From: Octopus vulgaris
Lineage: Eukaryota
Reading direction: 5' to 3'
Length of the DNA stretch: 64,000 nt
Assembly: GCA_951406725.2 (NCBI GenBank)
Contig: OX597816.1
Location: 169,508,001 to 169,572,000, forward strand
Below, piece by piece: positions 14,444-27,510 of the stretch (positions within the stretch are counted from its first letter, which is position 1; every line of letters begins with the position of its first letter). A model generated the notes under the pieces. The model was given only the letters and a program-made list of their open reading frames with translations, did not search any database and was not told where the DNA came from. The position numbers and the translations under genes are program-made.

Positions 14444-15092
14444 TTAAAAGCTGTTACTATGGTGGCCAGCTGACAGAATCATATATATGATGGACTACTT
14501 CCAGTTTTCGTCTTCCAAACCACTCACAAGGCTTTGGTCGGCCCGAGGCTATAGTAGAAGACACTTGCCCAGGACAGATTTATGTCTATGAAACAACATA
14601 TATAATAACAGATAAGCATATAGTCTTTTTCATTCGCAAAATGAGCACCCTTTAATTTTGCTGAGATTGGTGTATCGATGCAACTCTGGATTTTGATTAC
14701 GATCAACCAATTACTTCATCTCTTAAATTAAAGAATCTGATGTTATTTGGAATTAAACTTGGGAAATCTGGGTAATTTTAGCAAGTCAATAGACAGCGAG
14801 GTAATAACAACTTGTTACCATGACAACACACATTGTGTTGTGTTGCACCCGCACAACACAAGATTTACTTCACCCGCGTGTTTTGTTCTAATAAAAATTT
14901 ATATCTATGAATTAGAATTTTATTGTTGACACTTTTTGCCTATCGTCTTAATATTTTACATAGTATTCATATATAGCAGTTGTTTGCGATGTCTATACAG
15001 TTTCTTGGCCTTATGAAGGTGAATGGAATATGTGAACTTAGTACAGATAGTTTGACATTATTTTAATTGTGCATACAAAAGCATATAAGATA

Positions 15093-15498
15093 CTCTTTAC
15101 TCTCTTTTACTCTTTTACATGTTTCAGTCATTTGACTGCGGCCATGCTGGAGCACCGCCTTTAGTCGAGCAAATCGACCCCGGGACTTATTCTTTGCAAG
15201 CCTAGTACTTATTCTATCGGTCTCTTTTGCCGAACCGCTAAGTAACGGGGACGTAAACACACCAGCATCGGTTGTCAATCAATGCTAGGGGGACAAACAC
15301 ACACACACACACACACTCACACATATATATATACATATATACGACGGGCTTCTTTCAGTTTCCGTCTACCAAATCCACTCACAAGGCATTGGTCGGCCTA
15401 TAGCAGAAGACACTTGCCCAAGGTGCCACGCAGTGGGACTGAACCCGGAACCATGTGATTGGTTAGCAAGCTACTTACCACACAGCCACTCCTGCGCC
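15093..15498 (-). mobile_element. SINE family A, full length
   Basis: Complete reverse-complement copy. Confidence 0.92.
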
Positions 15499-16249
15499 TA
15501 TACGGGTATTTTTTTTCTTGGGACAAATTCTTGACCAGTGTTATTCTTATCCTAGTTCACAAATCCAAGCATGAAAACGTTACTCAACTTTGAAGTTTTG
15601 GAGATAGACGCTCCCTTTTCACACAAACACGCGCGCGCGCACACATACACAGACAGACATACACACAGACACACACACACGAACTTATATATCAATGATG
15701 TACGCAGATACATGACTGGTTATCATAATACTGAAATACGCATAAAGTACACACATGCAGACAAAATACAATAATATAACAAATTAAAAAAACAAAAAAA
15801 ACATACAATCAATGAAGAGACAAAAGATACAGTAAGATGATAGATGTTGATTTTATTAGGGATTTCTGTTTACTTAGAAACCTGCAATGAAATTAGGTAT
15901 TTCTGTTTATTTAGAAACTATAAATTTCACAGGGTACAGCATTAAAGGTGACACCGGTCCGCTAAACGCAGAAAATTTCTGTTTCGCAATTGGCTATAAA
16001 TACAGTTTTTTTTTTTCAATTTTTAAACCTCTGTAACTTTTTCCTCAAATTTTATTCTCCACAACATCATACCTTCATAGCAATTAGACTGGAAAACTTT
16101 ATTATTACAGCCGATTTTCAGATTTCTTTTACTGTATTTAAAAAAATGCATATTTTGCGAATGAAAAAAAAAAGGTCCACAGATAATAACTTTATTTATC
16201 AAAAAAATGCTATGAGAATTAAAAAAAAAAACCCTTCTTTTCTATAATG

Positions 16250-17310
16250 TTATTCAATAAAGCCCCCTTCGGCTTCAAAAACTGCTTCTATATGAGATCT
16301 AAATCACCTACATGCTCAAATCAAGTGCTCCATCTTGGACATTACTCTGACTATGGCAGCTTTCAAAGAATCTTTGGTGTTATGGGCGTGTTCATTGACC
16401 TCTCGCTTAACAACGCTCCACATGTAAAAGTCCAATAGATTGAAATCTGGGGAATTAGGAGGCCAAATGTTAGGGGTTATGTGATCATGAAAATTTTCAG
16501 CTAGCCATTCCTATGTTACTAGAGCCACGTGTGATAGTGCAGAGATTTACTGAAACACATATGACCTTCCATTCTATACACTGTCTATTCAGGGCTTAAT
16601 TATTTCCAGGACCTCAATGTAGTTGGAAGACTTAACTCTAAGGCCTTGTGGAAAGAAGTAAGAAGGCATCACTTGTCCTTCATTGCTGACAATCCCTAAA
16701 ACAATGACAGTTGCAGGAAATTTTGTATGCATAACACTTGAAACTTCAGAAGGGTCTGCACATAACCATCTGCCATTTCGTCTGTTAACTTTTTGATCTT
16801 GTTTTTCTCGTTCGAGAAAAATCAAATAAAACCTTCTGCTGGATTTTTCTGTTTGTTTAAGAGCCTTTTAGATCTGATGTTGTGAGTCATTATTATTTTT
16901 TTTTTTTTGCCTTTTCTGATAAATTTACCTTTCCTCATCATATAAGACTTATATCTCATATCTTCGTGGACAACATTTTTGACTGTTCCTTCTGACACAT
17001 AGAGATATTTTTGCAATTGATCTCATGAAGTTTCTGGGATTGTAATCAATGGTCTGTTGAACTTGCTGGATAGATTCAGATGTCCTGATGATGTCAAAGC
17101 ACTTAAAATACTTTTATGCTTTGATACTGGTGATACGTTTCCATCTTCAGTGTCTAGCTCCTTACAAATTTTGTAGACGAAAGATCTGGAAACTTTTAAA
17201 TCTCGTGATATTTTAAAATCATTATGCACAACCTTTATAACCACAATAACAGCATACCTTTTCATTTCTTGAGTAAGCTGAGGGTCTGCCATTATTATTT
17301 TCTGAAACAA
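16250..17310 (-). pseudogene. Tc1/mariner-superfamily (DD37D/maT-like) transposase pseudogene; element approx 15930-17385
   Basis: Fragments DLKVSRSFVYK, VSEGTVKNVVHEDMRYKSY, DQKVNRRNGRWL..TKFPATVIVLGIVSNEG..FFPQGLRV, IWPPNSPDFNLLDFYMW, EAEGGFIE*; many stops/frameshifts; TA-CAG end at 17385, TIRs poorly matched. Confidence 0.85.
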
Positions 17311-17410
17311 AGATTATACAAAGTTAGCAAAAAATGCAGCAATGACCCAAAAAATGGTTTGTCCTCAAATACCTCACGCACTCTGTATATATGTTCTTGT
17401 TACCACTTTT

Positions 17411-17835
17411 AACACAATGAGAAACGAAAGCATAAACACAAAACCAAGGAAATGGACATTTTTCTTAAACGTAGAACAAAAAAAGAGTACAAGACACAAC
17501 ACAAGGAACATTCCCCTTCTTCAGCTACCTCTGTTTCATCTACTCCACGTTTCGAAGGTAAAGGCGATTTGACACGACTTCGTTGAAACAGTCCTTCCCG
17601 CGAAAGCAAATTAAATAAAATTTGAGATTTTTTTGCGGAGGGGTAAAAATGGTAACAAAACGCGGAGTAGATGAAACAAAGGCGACTGAAGAAGGGGAAT
17701 TTTCCTTGTGTTGTATGTCCTGTACTCTATTTTTTCGTTGTTTAAGAAAAATGTCCATTTCCTTGGTTTTGTGTTTATGTTTTCGTTTCTCATTGTGTTC
17801 GACGTTTTTTTTTTTTGGTGTCCTGTACCCATATA
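17411..17835. mobile_element. Penelope-like terminal repeat in inverted arrangement
   Basis: Arms ~17411-17553 and ~17659-17799 are reverse complements; same family at 32520-32810; ends in (TA)n. Confidence 0.7.
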
Positions 17836-17841
17836 TGCATG

Positions 17842-18118
<277 letters not shown>

Positions 18119-18169
18119 GTGGATGTGTGTTTATGTAGTTTGTATATATCAGGAGCAAAGGTTTCCAGT

Positions 18170-18767
18170 CAGTTGTTTGATGCTTTCACTTTACAAACGT
18201 TGTTGACGGCCTCTTGCTCGCTTCCCTTTTACACTTCCTGTTGGGCAGAGACTCGTGTTGCCTTCTGTGAAAAAAATATGATGCCTTTGTGAACTTGATT
18301 CTCGAAAAAAATGTGTCTTTGATCTTTTAGCTTTTCTAGTAGCATTTCTTAATCTGATTCTCAGTTTATCCTGTCCAGTTTGTGAACTATCAGCATCTTA
18401 AGGGCTTCTATTTTCTTTTCCATTTATACTTAGTCCAAGTTTCTGTCCTATAAAGGACAGGCAGTATGATATAACTGTTTACTCGCCTCAGTTTTAAATG
18501 CTATGTTATGTCTTTTGACAAGATCTTTTTCAATCTTATAAATGTTATGTTAACTTTTTCTATTCTTTGATTAACTTTTTCACAACAGCTTTTCTGATTT
18601 ATTATTTGTTCTTGAAAGTTTTTACTTGTTCAAGCTTTTATCTGTCTACCTTCATATTTACTTCCTTTTCTTCTGTCTTATTGAAAACTATTGTCGTTGT
18701 CATTTTTACATTCATATTTAGGTCCTTCTTGGCATTGTTCTTTTATAAATTCAACAATTTCTTGTAA
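18170..18767 (-). pseudogene. RTE-clade LINE reverse-transcriptase C-terminal fragment
   Basis: Manual translation: LQEIVEFIKEQ..LNMNVKMTTTIVF..LEQVKTFK..ILPVLYRTETWT..KKIEAL; heavily decayed. Confidence 0.7.
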
Positions 18768-18824
18768 CAGGGGAATTACAAGAAATTGTTTATGTTGTAA
18801 AATAACAAAATTGTCTACACACAC

Positions 18825-19135
18825 ATGCAGTGTGAAGACGGAATGAAAGTGAATACAATAGCAAGTGACTTGAAGTTATCGCATTCCATGGTATCGACGA
18901 TATTAAAAGTCAAAGAAAGAATTCGTAAATCTGTAAAAGTTTCTGAACCTATGAAGTTTACAATTTTAACCAAACAACTACAGAGATCCATCTATGAAAT
19001 GGAGAAATTATTATTCATGTGGATGGAAGATTTAATAATAATAATAATAATAATAAAAAGACACCCATGAGCCTTCTCACAGTGCAAACAAAGGCTAGAT
19101 GTCTGTTTCAGACTTTCAAATCAAGCTCCGGAGAC
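18825..19135 (+). pseudogene. Tigger/pogo (CENP-B-like) transposase N-terminal fragment
   Basis: CEDGMKVNTIASDLKLSHSMVSTILKVKERI..IYEMEKLLFMWMED..PMSLLTVQTKARCLF. Confidence 0.8.
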
Positions 19136-19199
19136 GATAATTTTTCCCATTATGTACAATAATTATGGACAAAATTTTTGTGTTTTATATTTCATAACC

Positions 19200-20109
19200 T
19201 GTTTATATGTATTGGTTCTTGAGCCATTGCTGCGGAAGGTGGAGGCACTAGTGGGTGCGACGCATGATCTTTGGTGGGGAAGAAAAGCTACGGCGTATGC
19301 GGATGACAGCTCCATCATCGTGGCGGATGAGGGCTAGCTTCCAGTGGCGGAAGAGGCCATCAAAAGTTACGAGGCGGTGGCAGGAGCAAAGGTTAACAAG
19401 GACAAGACGGTCGGTGGGCAACTCGGCACCTGGAGGGGAAAGCCGATGGCGTCCAATAATGTCGTGGGGCGTTGGACGAAAGGTCCTGTTAAGCTGCTCC
19501 GAGTCCGGTTTGGTCTGGACCTCCAGACAGATAAAAATTGGAGTGAGGTGACCGGGTTTGGGTGGACGTTATCCTTGCTAGAGAGTGCGGAGGTGGTGCA
19601 GATGTTTATAGCATCAGTTATCATCTACCGTCTGACCTTGGTGCCTTGCCCCGATTTGTGGCTGAACAAGTTGGAGAGAGTCATTTTCCGCTTTTCGCGG
19701 AAGGGAGGAAACCTCTTGTGAAGCGCTCTGTCTTCTACCAGAAACCGCTACAGGGTGGATTAGGGATACCTTGGAAGAAAATGCGAAAATTCGCGTTAAG
19801 GTTGAGGCACTTCTTGCTTTACCTGGATAGAGAGCAGGTGTGGTCATTGCATGTCCGGTTCTATCTTCAGCAGTTAACGTCCTTAACGGACATTGGTACA
19901 TGGATCAAACAGAGACCTAGGCTGGGGGACTGGCAATTGGAGTGTCGTCAGGCACTTCAGCTATTCTCTCGGGCGGGCAATGCCGGCAGCAGGAGTTCCA
20001 CCTCGGATTTTTATAGCAGGTTGGTGGAGTATATGTTCGAAGACGCCTGTTTGTCTGTCCTCGTTCGTCCTCTCTTTGTAATGCCTGTATGGCAAATTTT
20101 AATGAAATA
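19200..20109 (+). pseudogene. Tx1/L1-type LINE ORF2 (RT) fragment with internal deletion and 3' tail
   Basis: LYVLVLEPLLRK..AYADDS..YEAVAGAKVNKDK..GGLGIP..ALRLRHF; ends ATGCCTGTATGGCAAATTTTAATGAAATA joined to SINE A. Confidence 0.88.
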
Positions 20110-20249
20110 AAGAAGCTTATTTCCCAACTACATGGTTCCGGGTTCAGTGCCACTCTGTGTCACCTGGGTCAAGTGTCTTCTACTATAGTTTCGGGTCGAC
20201 CAAAGCCTTGTGAGTGGATTTGGTAGACGGAAACTGAAAGAAGCCCATC

Positions 20250-20285
<36 letters not shown>

Positions 20286-20518
20286 CGGGAAGCTTTATGA
20301 AAATAAACAAAAGACGAAGGCAGGTTTACGGAAATAAACAAAAGACGAAGGCAGGTGGAATACAAACAAACAATTGTATTAGTATGGCGCTCAGGAATAT
20401 AAATAAAACAAGTCTTTTACGTTTCGAGCCTACGCTTTTCAACAGAAAGATACACAGAGAAGAAACACAAAAAGATGGAGAGAAAAAAATGCGTGCAGAG
20501 GCTAACGAATCAACATGG

Positions 20519-20582
<64 letters not shown>

Positions 20583-20765
20583 CTGTGTGTGTCTGTGTGT
20601 GTGTGTGTCTGTGTGTTTGTCCTCCGATCACCGAGTGACAACCGGTGTTGGTGTGTTTACGTCCTCAAAACTTAGCAGTTCGGCAAAAGAGACTGATAGA
20701 ATAAGAACTAGGTTTTTAAAAAATAATCCCTGGGATCGATTTATTCGACCAAAATCCTTCTAATC
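20110..20765 (+). mobile_element. SINE family A lacking first ~24 nt, interrupted in its internal (TA)n
   Basis: Starts AAGAAGCTT; resumes after 20520. Confidence 0.85.
20283..20520 (-). mobile_element. Short Penelope-like element with hammerhead-like motif (20413-20450)
   Basis: Same family as 45215-45421; (TA)n on both sides; minus strand TCTTT CTGTTGA AAAGCGTAGGCTC GAAAC GTA AAAGA. Confidence 0.7.
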
Positions 20766-22888
20766 TTGACTTAATAGTTGTTTCTAATAGAAGTAAAAGG
20801 CCCGGAGGATAATTAATCGATTTTAAACTTTATTTTATCGACTCCGTAAGGATGAAAGACAGACCTGACTTTGGCTGGATTTGAACGTAAAAAGTAAAGA
20901 GCCGTAATTAAATATAGCTGCACATGTCCGATATGCAAAGGATTCGATCATGATGTAATAATTATTAGTAATAGGTAACATAAGAGTGGGAGCGTATTGA
21001 TATAATCGGTGGTGGACCAGACTAAATGCTATTTCGGTATTTTATGAGGATTGACCCTCTCCTTCATTCTTCTTTGATCGAAAAATATGTACCACACATA
21101 TACAGGCTTCTAATCTCCTGTGTTCTTACCCTAAAATTCGTGACCTTATCTAATATAAGAATTCACCATGAAATGTAATTCTGCAGCTAATTGATTTTCG
21201 TCACATTTCTGTTGATAAATTGATCTACGAATTCCAAATTGAAAGCATAAGTAATGTCTTTGAAATGTTGAATGCGCTTTGTGCTATGCTTTTGTTAGAT
21301 ATTACCAAACAAACAATGGTTTAGTGACTGATGTATGGCCAATAAAGGAGACTGAAAATTTATTGGATGTCGTTAAGAAAAGACACAAGTTTGTTATGGG
21401 TTATGTTAGGTCGTTCTTTGCACAAAGGTGACACCAGTGAATTAATAAAATTGAGGCATAAAATTCACTGGAAAATTGCAATGATATTTCTTTTAATATC
21501 AAGTTTTGGCATTTCCTTTTTATTAATTAAAGTTATGAAACTTCTACTAATGCTTATATAAATGATAGGTTTCATTTGGACACATAATTGATATCTATAG
21601 GAGAGTGGAGACTGGCAATTGAATAAAGCCAAGAATTACGTTCAGATATTTTTATAGAATCCAAACAAATGCATGATAAAGTCAACTTGAGGAGATATAA
21701 ATTCAGAGCAGTAATATTCGAAACCGTGTACTAAAGTAACATATCTCCAAGACGTTTGTTTTGTTTATAAATCTTTGTAGAATCAAAATGTGGCGAATAC
21801 TTTGCAATGTACTGTTATGATCATTTTAAATTCCAGTTCAAATGTCACCAGGTTTGGCCTTGCCTTTCAATTATCTGTGGACGGTAAAACAAATAACTGT
21901 CAACTAGTAAGATCGATCTGTGCGACTCTACTGTTTTCCATGCTAATTTTCTATTATTGATCTTGTACCAATTTTACAAAATAAATACTAGCCAGTCTAT
22001 TTAATTAAATAGTCCTTCCCCGATTTGTCATTTTGTGTCAACGATATAATTCAATATTCATTTTTAGCAGAAAAATTTAGCAGAAAACCAAATAATAACG
22101 AGGTATGAGTATACCTTATTGGATTTGCCAACTGTACCTTACTGGTATTTATCCATTAACAAGAGCTGAAAGACAGTATTGACTCAGATGCATTTGGATT
22201 CATTGGTCAAGTTCAAGTTTGACTTTCATACTTTTGGGGTCGATAAAATAAAGTAACAGTCAATAACTGAATGCGGCATACAGTCGTCCATACGTCTCGT
22301 AGAAATTAAAATCTTCGTACTTATGCTTGAAATCAAGAATAAAAGTAACGTGGAGGTTTTCGAAACCGCGATGACAAGCTAAAACTCTGAATGTTTTAAG
22401 GTCAAATCCTGTATCAACGACATTAAGTTTTATTACTCTGATATCGATGAAATAAAGTTTTTTTAATATCGTGAGACATCTATTCAATTGATTATATATT
22501 CTATTATACCTATCATCAATATACTGCTATACTATTTATGATCAATATTATAAATATTCATATCGTATTAATGAATAAAGTAACAAATAGTGTTTACAGT
22601 ACCGCCACACATAAACGACTTATTTCTTTTGTATGTTCTACAAATATATTAGATTTCCAACATTAAAGCAGATGTCCATTGCTTTAAACGTAGCTATTAT
22701 ACTGAGAAAGATAAGAGATATAAATTAATTCTATATAAGTAAATATGTGTAAACCTTGAAATGCTCAAGAAAGAACATACGAATCTAGCAACCGAGGGAT
22801 CAAATTCACAGTCTAGTTGTATCGTCACCAACATCACTGCTATTCGAACCTTACGTTTTGCTTAGTTAAGATGTTAGGATGTTTATAT

Positions 22889-23251
22889 CACCGTGATCAC
22901 CGTGACCAACCAGGCTATCAGATGTTGCTACACAATTCAAATATGCTTCGGTGTTGTTAGTGTCGTGTAAAATGGTGATAACAAAAACAAGAAACAACAA
23001 ATGCGCTTCGCATTGTTTTAGCCTTCAAATGACGCCACCCCGCTGGCTAAGCGAGCAGGCCAACAGAAGAAGAAGTGAGAGAAAGTTGTGGCGAAAGAGT
23101 ACAGCTGAGATCGCCACCACCCCCTGCCGGAGCCTCGTGGAGCTTTAGGTGTTTTCGCTCAATAAACACTCACAACGCCCGGTCTTGGAATCGAAACCGC
23201 GATCCTACGACCGCGAGTCCGCTGCCCTAACCACTGGGTCATTGCGCCTCC
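22889..23251 (-). mobile_element. tRNA-derived SINE family C, full length with 13-bp TSD
   Basis: A/B boxes; AGGATGTTTATAT at 22876-22888 and 23252-23264. Confidence 0.9.
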
Positions 23252-24199
23252 AGGATGTTTATATATCTACGAATATTCAACTTAAATCACCTAAAGGGAT
23301 CTTTCCCGGACGAAAATCCGCAGCCCTCGGCGTTTAACAACACGTACGGTAAGTAATATTAAAAATGTTTATGTGTAAATATATTTGTCCATGTATTTAC
23401 ATTTTTATTTCATCCAAAGCAAAGCCTTGTAACACACACACGTGCACACACACACACATACACTCACACACACACACATACACGCACACACATACACACA
23501 CACACATCAATAAAAACAAAAGAACAGATTGCTCGCGGAGTCATCTCCACCACCTACTTTGTCATTTGTGTTATTTTTGTTGTTGTTGTTGCTGCTTGTG
23601 TGGTTAAAAATGTTGTTCCTGTTATTGTTATTCTCGTGCAAGCTTATACTGTATGAGAAGAAATTTCCTGCTACCACCTTGTTAAATCTGTTAGTAGGCA
23701 TTAATTCCAAACAGGCGACAAAATCAGCTGGAAGAAAATAAATATTTAAAAAAAACTTATACAGTTTATGGCACAATTTGGCAGTTCCTCTCTTCATCCA
23801 GTGAGATAGGGGTCCTTATTTAACGTTTAAAAAAAAAGTTACGATAGCAAACAAGTTGATTTCAACAAAATTTCACAAACCTTCGGGAGTTGATGCGACA
23901 CAAGCACAAACGATAATAATGATAATGATGATGATGATGATGATAATGATGATATCTTTGATTAGCCACGAGAGCTCAAAGAAAACAAAGATATTACGAA
24001 AAACAAAATTCAAATATGCTTCGGTGTTGTTAGTGTCGTGTAAAATGGTGATAACAAAAACAAGAAACAATAAAATTCCAACAAAGGAACCTCTCCATTT
24101 AGTGGGTTAACTGCTCAGAACCACCCTACAGAACTTTGAGGACTTTGACAAGGCAAAAAAAAAAAAGAGAAAGAAGTCTTATGTTTTCTTCCACATTTC

Positions 24200-25075
24200 G
24201 TTCCTCGGCCTACAGGCGCATGCGCGGAGCAGGCTCGTTCACATGTCTCATATTCAACTCTCACCCACCTTCAAAGAATTTGCTGAGGCAGCACCTCCTA
24301 TACACCATCACCTCCTTCTCCAATTAAAATTTGAAAATGTTGATGAAGGCTTGGTCGATCCAAACTTAGCCATTGCGCAATCTCTTTCGCTATTGCAAAC
24401 AGAAAGAGTGCATGCGCTTCTCGGCCAAAGGCAGAAACTGGAGCGGCTGACAGACGTACCCGTCTTACTCGTGACAACAGCGGTTGGACATAATTGGTAA
24501 ACTAATGTGTGCAAAACAATGTCGTTCCCTTTGCGTGCAATTTGGACTAATCCAGCTGACGGTACTTCTGGATTATAGAATTTGTCTCCTTTTGGCAATG
24601 CTCTCCAATTTAGGCAAGGAATTTCTGGAAGATATCCATAACTACGGTGCCAAAAGTTCTTTGGAATAGACTAGCTGGTTGTTTCTTATCGACTCCTTGA
24701 GTTTCACGACAGCGTTGTCACATTTCCCCACCAGTAGTCTTCTAAAGAATGCTTAAGTAGAATTCCACAGACCCATTGCCCGAGTCGTAGAGGGCTGTAA
24801 GCGCTTGGCAAGATTCGAAATGGCAGGCGTCCAGTCTTGGCTTTTGACTGTCTCAAGACTGCAGTTCTAGTAAAGAACTGCGTACCTGTAAAAAGGCTTC
24901 CACACCTACTGAGTGTTAACAAGTATTTGAAAATGCCGCAGCCTCAGAACATTTTTGCGCATTAACATCACAGCATACCGAGCCCTATGTACAGAGGGTG
25001 TGAATAGCAGATGAAGAAATAGTATTTGTCTGGTAAGGTTCGGATAAGGGGGTTCTCGGAGACCGAAGAAAAGCA
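24200..25075 (-). pseudogene. Decayed Tx1/L1-type LINE ORF2 C-terminal region
   Basis: Manual translation CYSHPLYIGLGM..MRKNVLRLRHF..KPRL..ESCQAL aligns with FYQKPLQGGLGI..MRKFALRLRHF..RPRL..ECRQAL at 19730-19960; continues SLFQRTFG, RALPKGDKFY, IVLHTLV. Confidence 0.75.
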
Positions 25076-25099
25076 CGATAAACATGTTATGATGTTTTT

Positions 25100-25937
25100 A
25101 ACTTAGGCACAAAGCCAGCCATTTGAACTGAGGCAACAGTTGATTTCATTATTCCAAGTACTACTTGACTGGTACTTTATTTATCGAACCTGGTGGGATG
25201 AAACGTAAAGTTAACCTCGGCAGCAAAGTTAACCTCAGGAGGTAAAGAACAACAAGTATTTTATAAATGATCTATCGATTCAGCAAATTCACCCCCTTAA
25301 TCATTTCTGATATAGGATCAGAAGGGGATCACTCGAGTACTTAATTTTATTGCTTGAGAGGAGATGATAGACAAAGCTGAGCATGGTGGGATTTGGACTG
25401 AAAATGTAAGGTCCATTACTAAATATTGTTACGTATTTTGTCCGAGTACAACATCACTATTCTGATATATAAATAAGGATAATAAATTATTGTTTCTACT
25501 TTAGGCCAACGGCCTGAAATTTTGCGAGGCGGGATTGGTCGATTAACTCAACCCCAGTGCTCTACTGGTCCTACTTTAATGATCACGAATTGATGAAAGG
25601 CAGACCGAGCCTTGGCGGAATTTGAATTCAGAACGTAAAGTCGAACTAAATTCCAGTAAGCATTTTGTCCGGCGTTGTAATGATTCTGCCAGCTCCCCGC
25701 CTTAATAATCCTTTCTACTATAGATACAAGGCCTGAAATTTGAAGGGAGGAGTTTCCTCGATTACATCAGTTCCAGTGTTCAGCTGGTACTTATTGTATC
25801 CCCCGCAAAGATGAATAGCAAAGTCGACCTCGGCGAAACTTGAGCTCAGAGCATGAGGACAGGCGAAATGTCGCCAAACATTTTGCCCAGTAAACTAACG
25901 ATTCTGTCTGCTCACTGTCTTCGCTCCCTTAATAATA

Positions 25938-25990
<53 letters not shown>

Positions 25991-26447
25991 AATAATAATG
26001 ATAATAATAATAATGTCAGTTGTTTGACCTTAACCAGTTGATCATGTCCCTTAGTAGCTGACGATATGTGCATCTCTGATCACGAGCAGAAGCAGTGGGG
26101 GATCATCATGGCCATGGGTTGAAAGAAATTCTTGGAGATTTAGATGATTCATCTTTGGAAATATGGATGGTTCGTTCTACATCCATAAACAATCCTTGTT
26201 CAGGGACCTTTTGAGCGGGATGGTCTACTCGACCAGAAGAAAATTCTAAGTGGGCCGCACGTGCAAGGTCATGCGCTGTTTATCTTGATATGAGATCACC
26301 ATGTCGCGCACACATGGTTGTGATACATGTGCCTGGTGTGCCCTTATCAGATGGGTTAGAGTCATGATGAGTATACTGGGCTTCGTATATTTTACCCCAG
26401 TGTCATTTTGATGGCATGCACTGCTCTATCACTCAATAATAATAGTA

Positions 26448-26518
<71 letters not shown>

Positions 26519-27063
26519 CCTTTCTACTCTAGGCACAAAGCTTGAAATTTTGGGTGAAGGTTCTAGACGATTTAATTGACCCCAGTGTTTCCCTGGTACT
26601 TAATTTATCGGTACCGAAATGATGAAAGCAAAGACCTCAGTGGAGTTAGAACTCAGAACGTAGTGGCAGGCAGAATACCGCTATGCATTTCGCCAGGCGT
26701 GCTAACGACTCTGCTTATATCTACTGTCTCTCTCAATTTCTCTCTTTCTCTCTTTCTCTTTCACTTCTTTCGTGTTCCTCTTCTCTCCCGCTTTTGATTT
26801 AGCAATATGTGTATGTATCTATGTATCTACTTCTCTTGTGATGTGATAAACATTTAAAAACACAAAAACGAACGCCGTCACCACTCACTGTCTCTTTCAC
26901 TCTACTTCTTTCTCTCTCACTCTCCATTTCTCTTTCTCACTCTCTCTCTTACTTCCTCTCTACCCTCCTCTCTCTCGCTTTGTCACTTCTTTGAAGTAAG
27001 TGTGACGCACACGACAGGTACGTACAAAAACAAAAAGTTAGCGTATTAATATTATTGATGATG

Positions 27064-27147
<84 letters not shown>

Positions 27148-27510
27148 GTGATGATGATGATGATGATAATGATGATGATGATGATGATAATAATAATAAC
27201 AATAATAACAACCCTTATTTTGGCACAAGGCCTGAAATTTTGGGGTCCTTAGTGTTCAACTGGTACTAATTTTACTGATCCCGAAAGGATGAAAGCAAAG
27301 TTTGTCTCGGAGGAATTTGAATTCAATACTGGATTAAGACAGAGGACCAGCTCAATTTTGGGTGGGGAGTCAGTAGTCAATACCATATACCCAAAACATT
27401 TGCCTGATACTTGATTTTATCGAACCTAAAAGGATGAACAGCAAAGTTGAACTCAGCGGGATTCAGCATGTAAAGAGCCGAAACAGATACTGCAAGACAT
27501 TCATTCCGAT
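25100..27510 (-). mobile_element. Cluster of >=5 co-oriented SINE family B copies interleaved with (AAT)n/(GAT)n
   Basis: Repeated GGCCTGAAATTT..CCCAGTG..CTGGTACTTA..GATGAAAG..CGGAATTTGAA motifs at ~25100, 25490, 25710, 26518, 27215, 27350. Confidence 0.8.
26015..26435 (+). mobile_element. Probable non-LTR element 3' UTR embedded in (AAT)n
   Basis: Non-repetitive 420-bp block with (AAT)n directly on both sides; no ORF recognised. Confidence 0.45.

Noticed and set aside
24243-24922. GC-richer ORFs that looked like a host gene, with a GCGCATGCGC motif nearby
   Set aside because: Frame-stitched minus-strand translation matches the Tx1-type ORF2 at 19730-20050.
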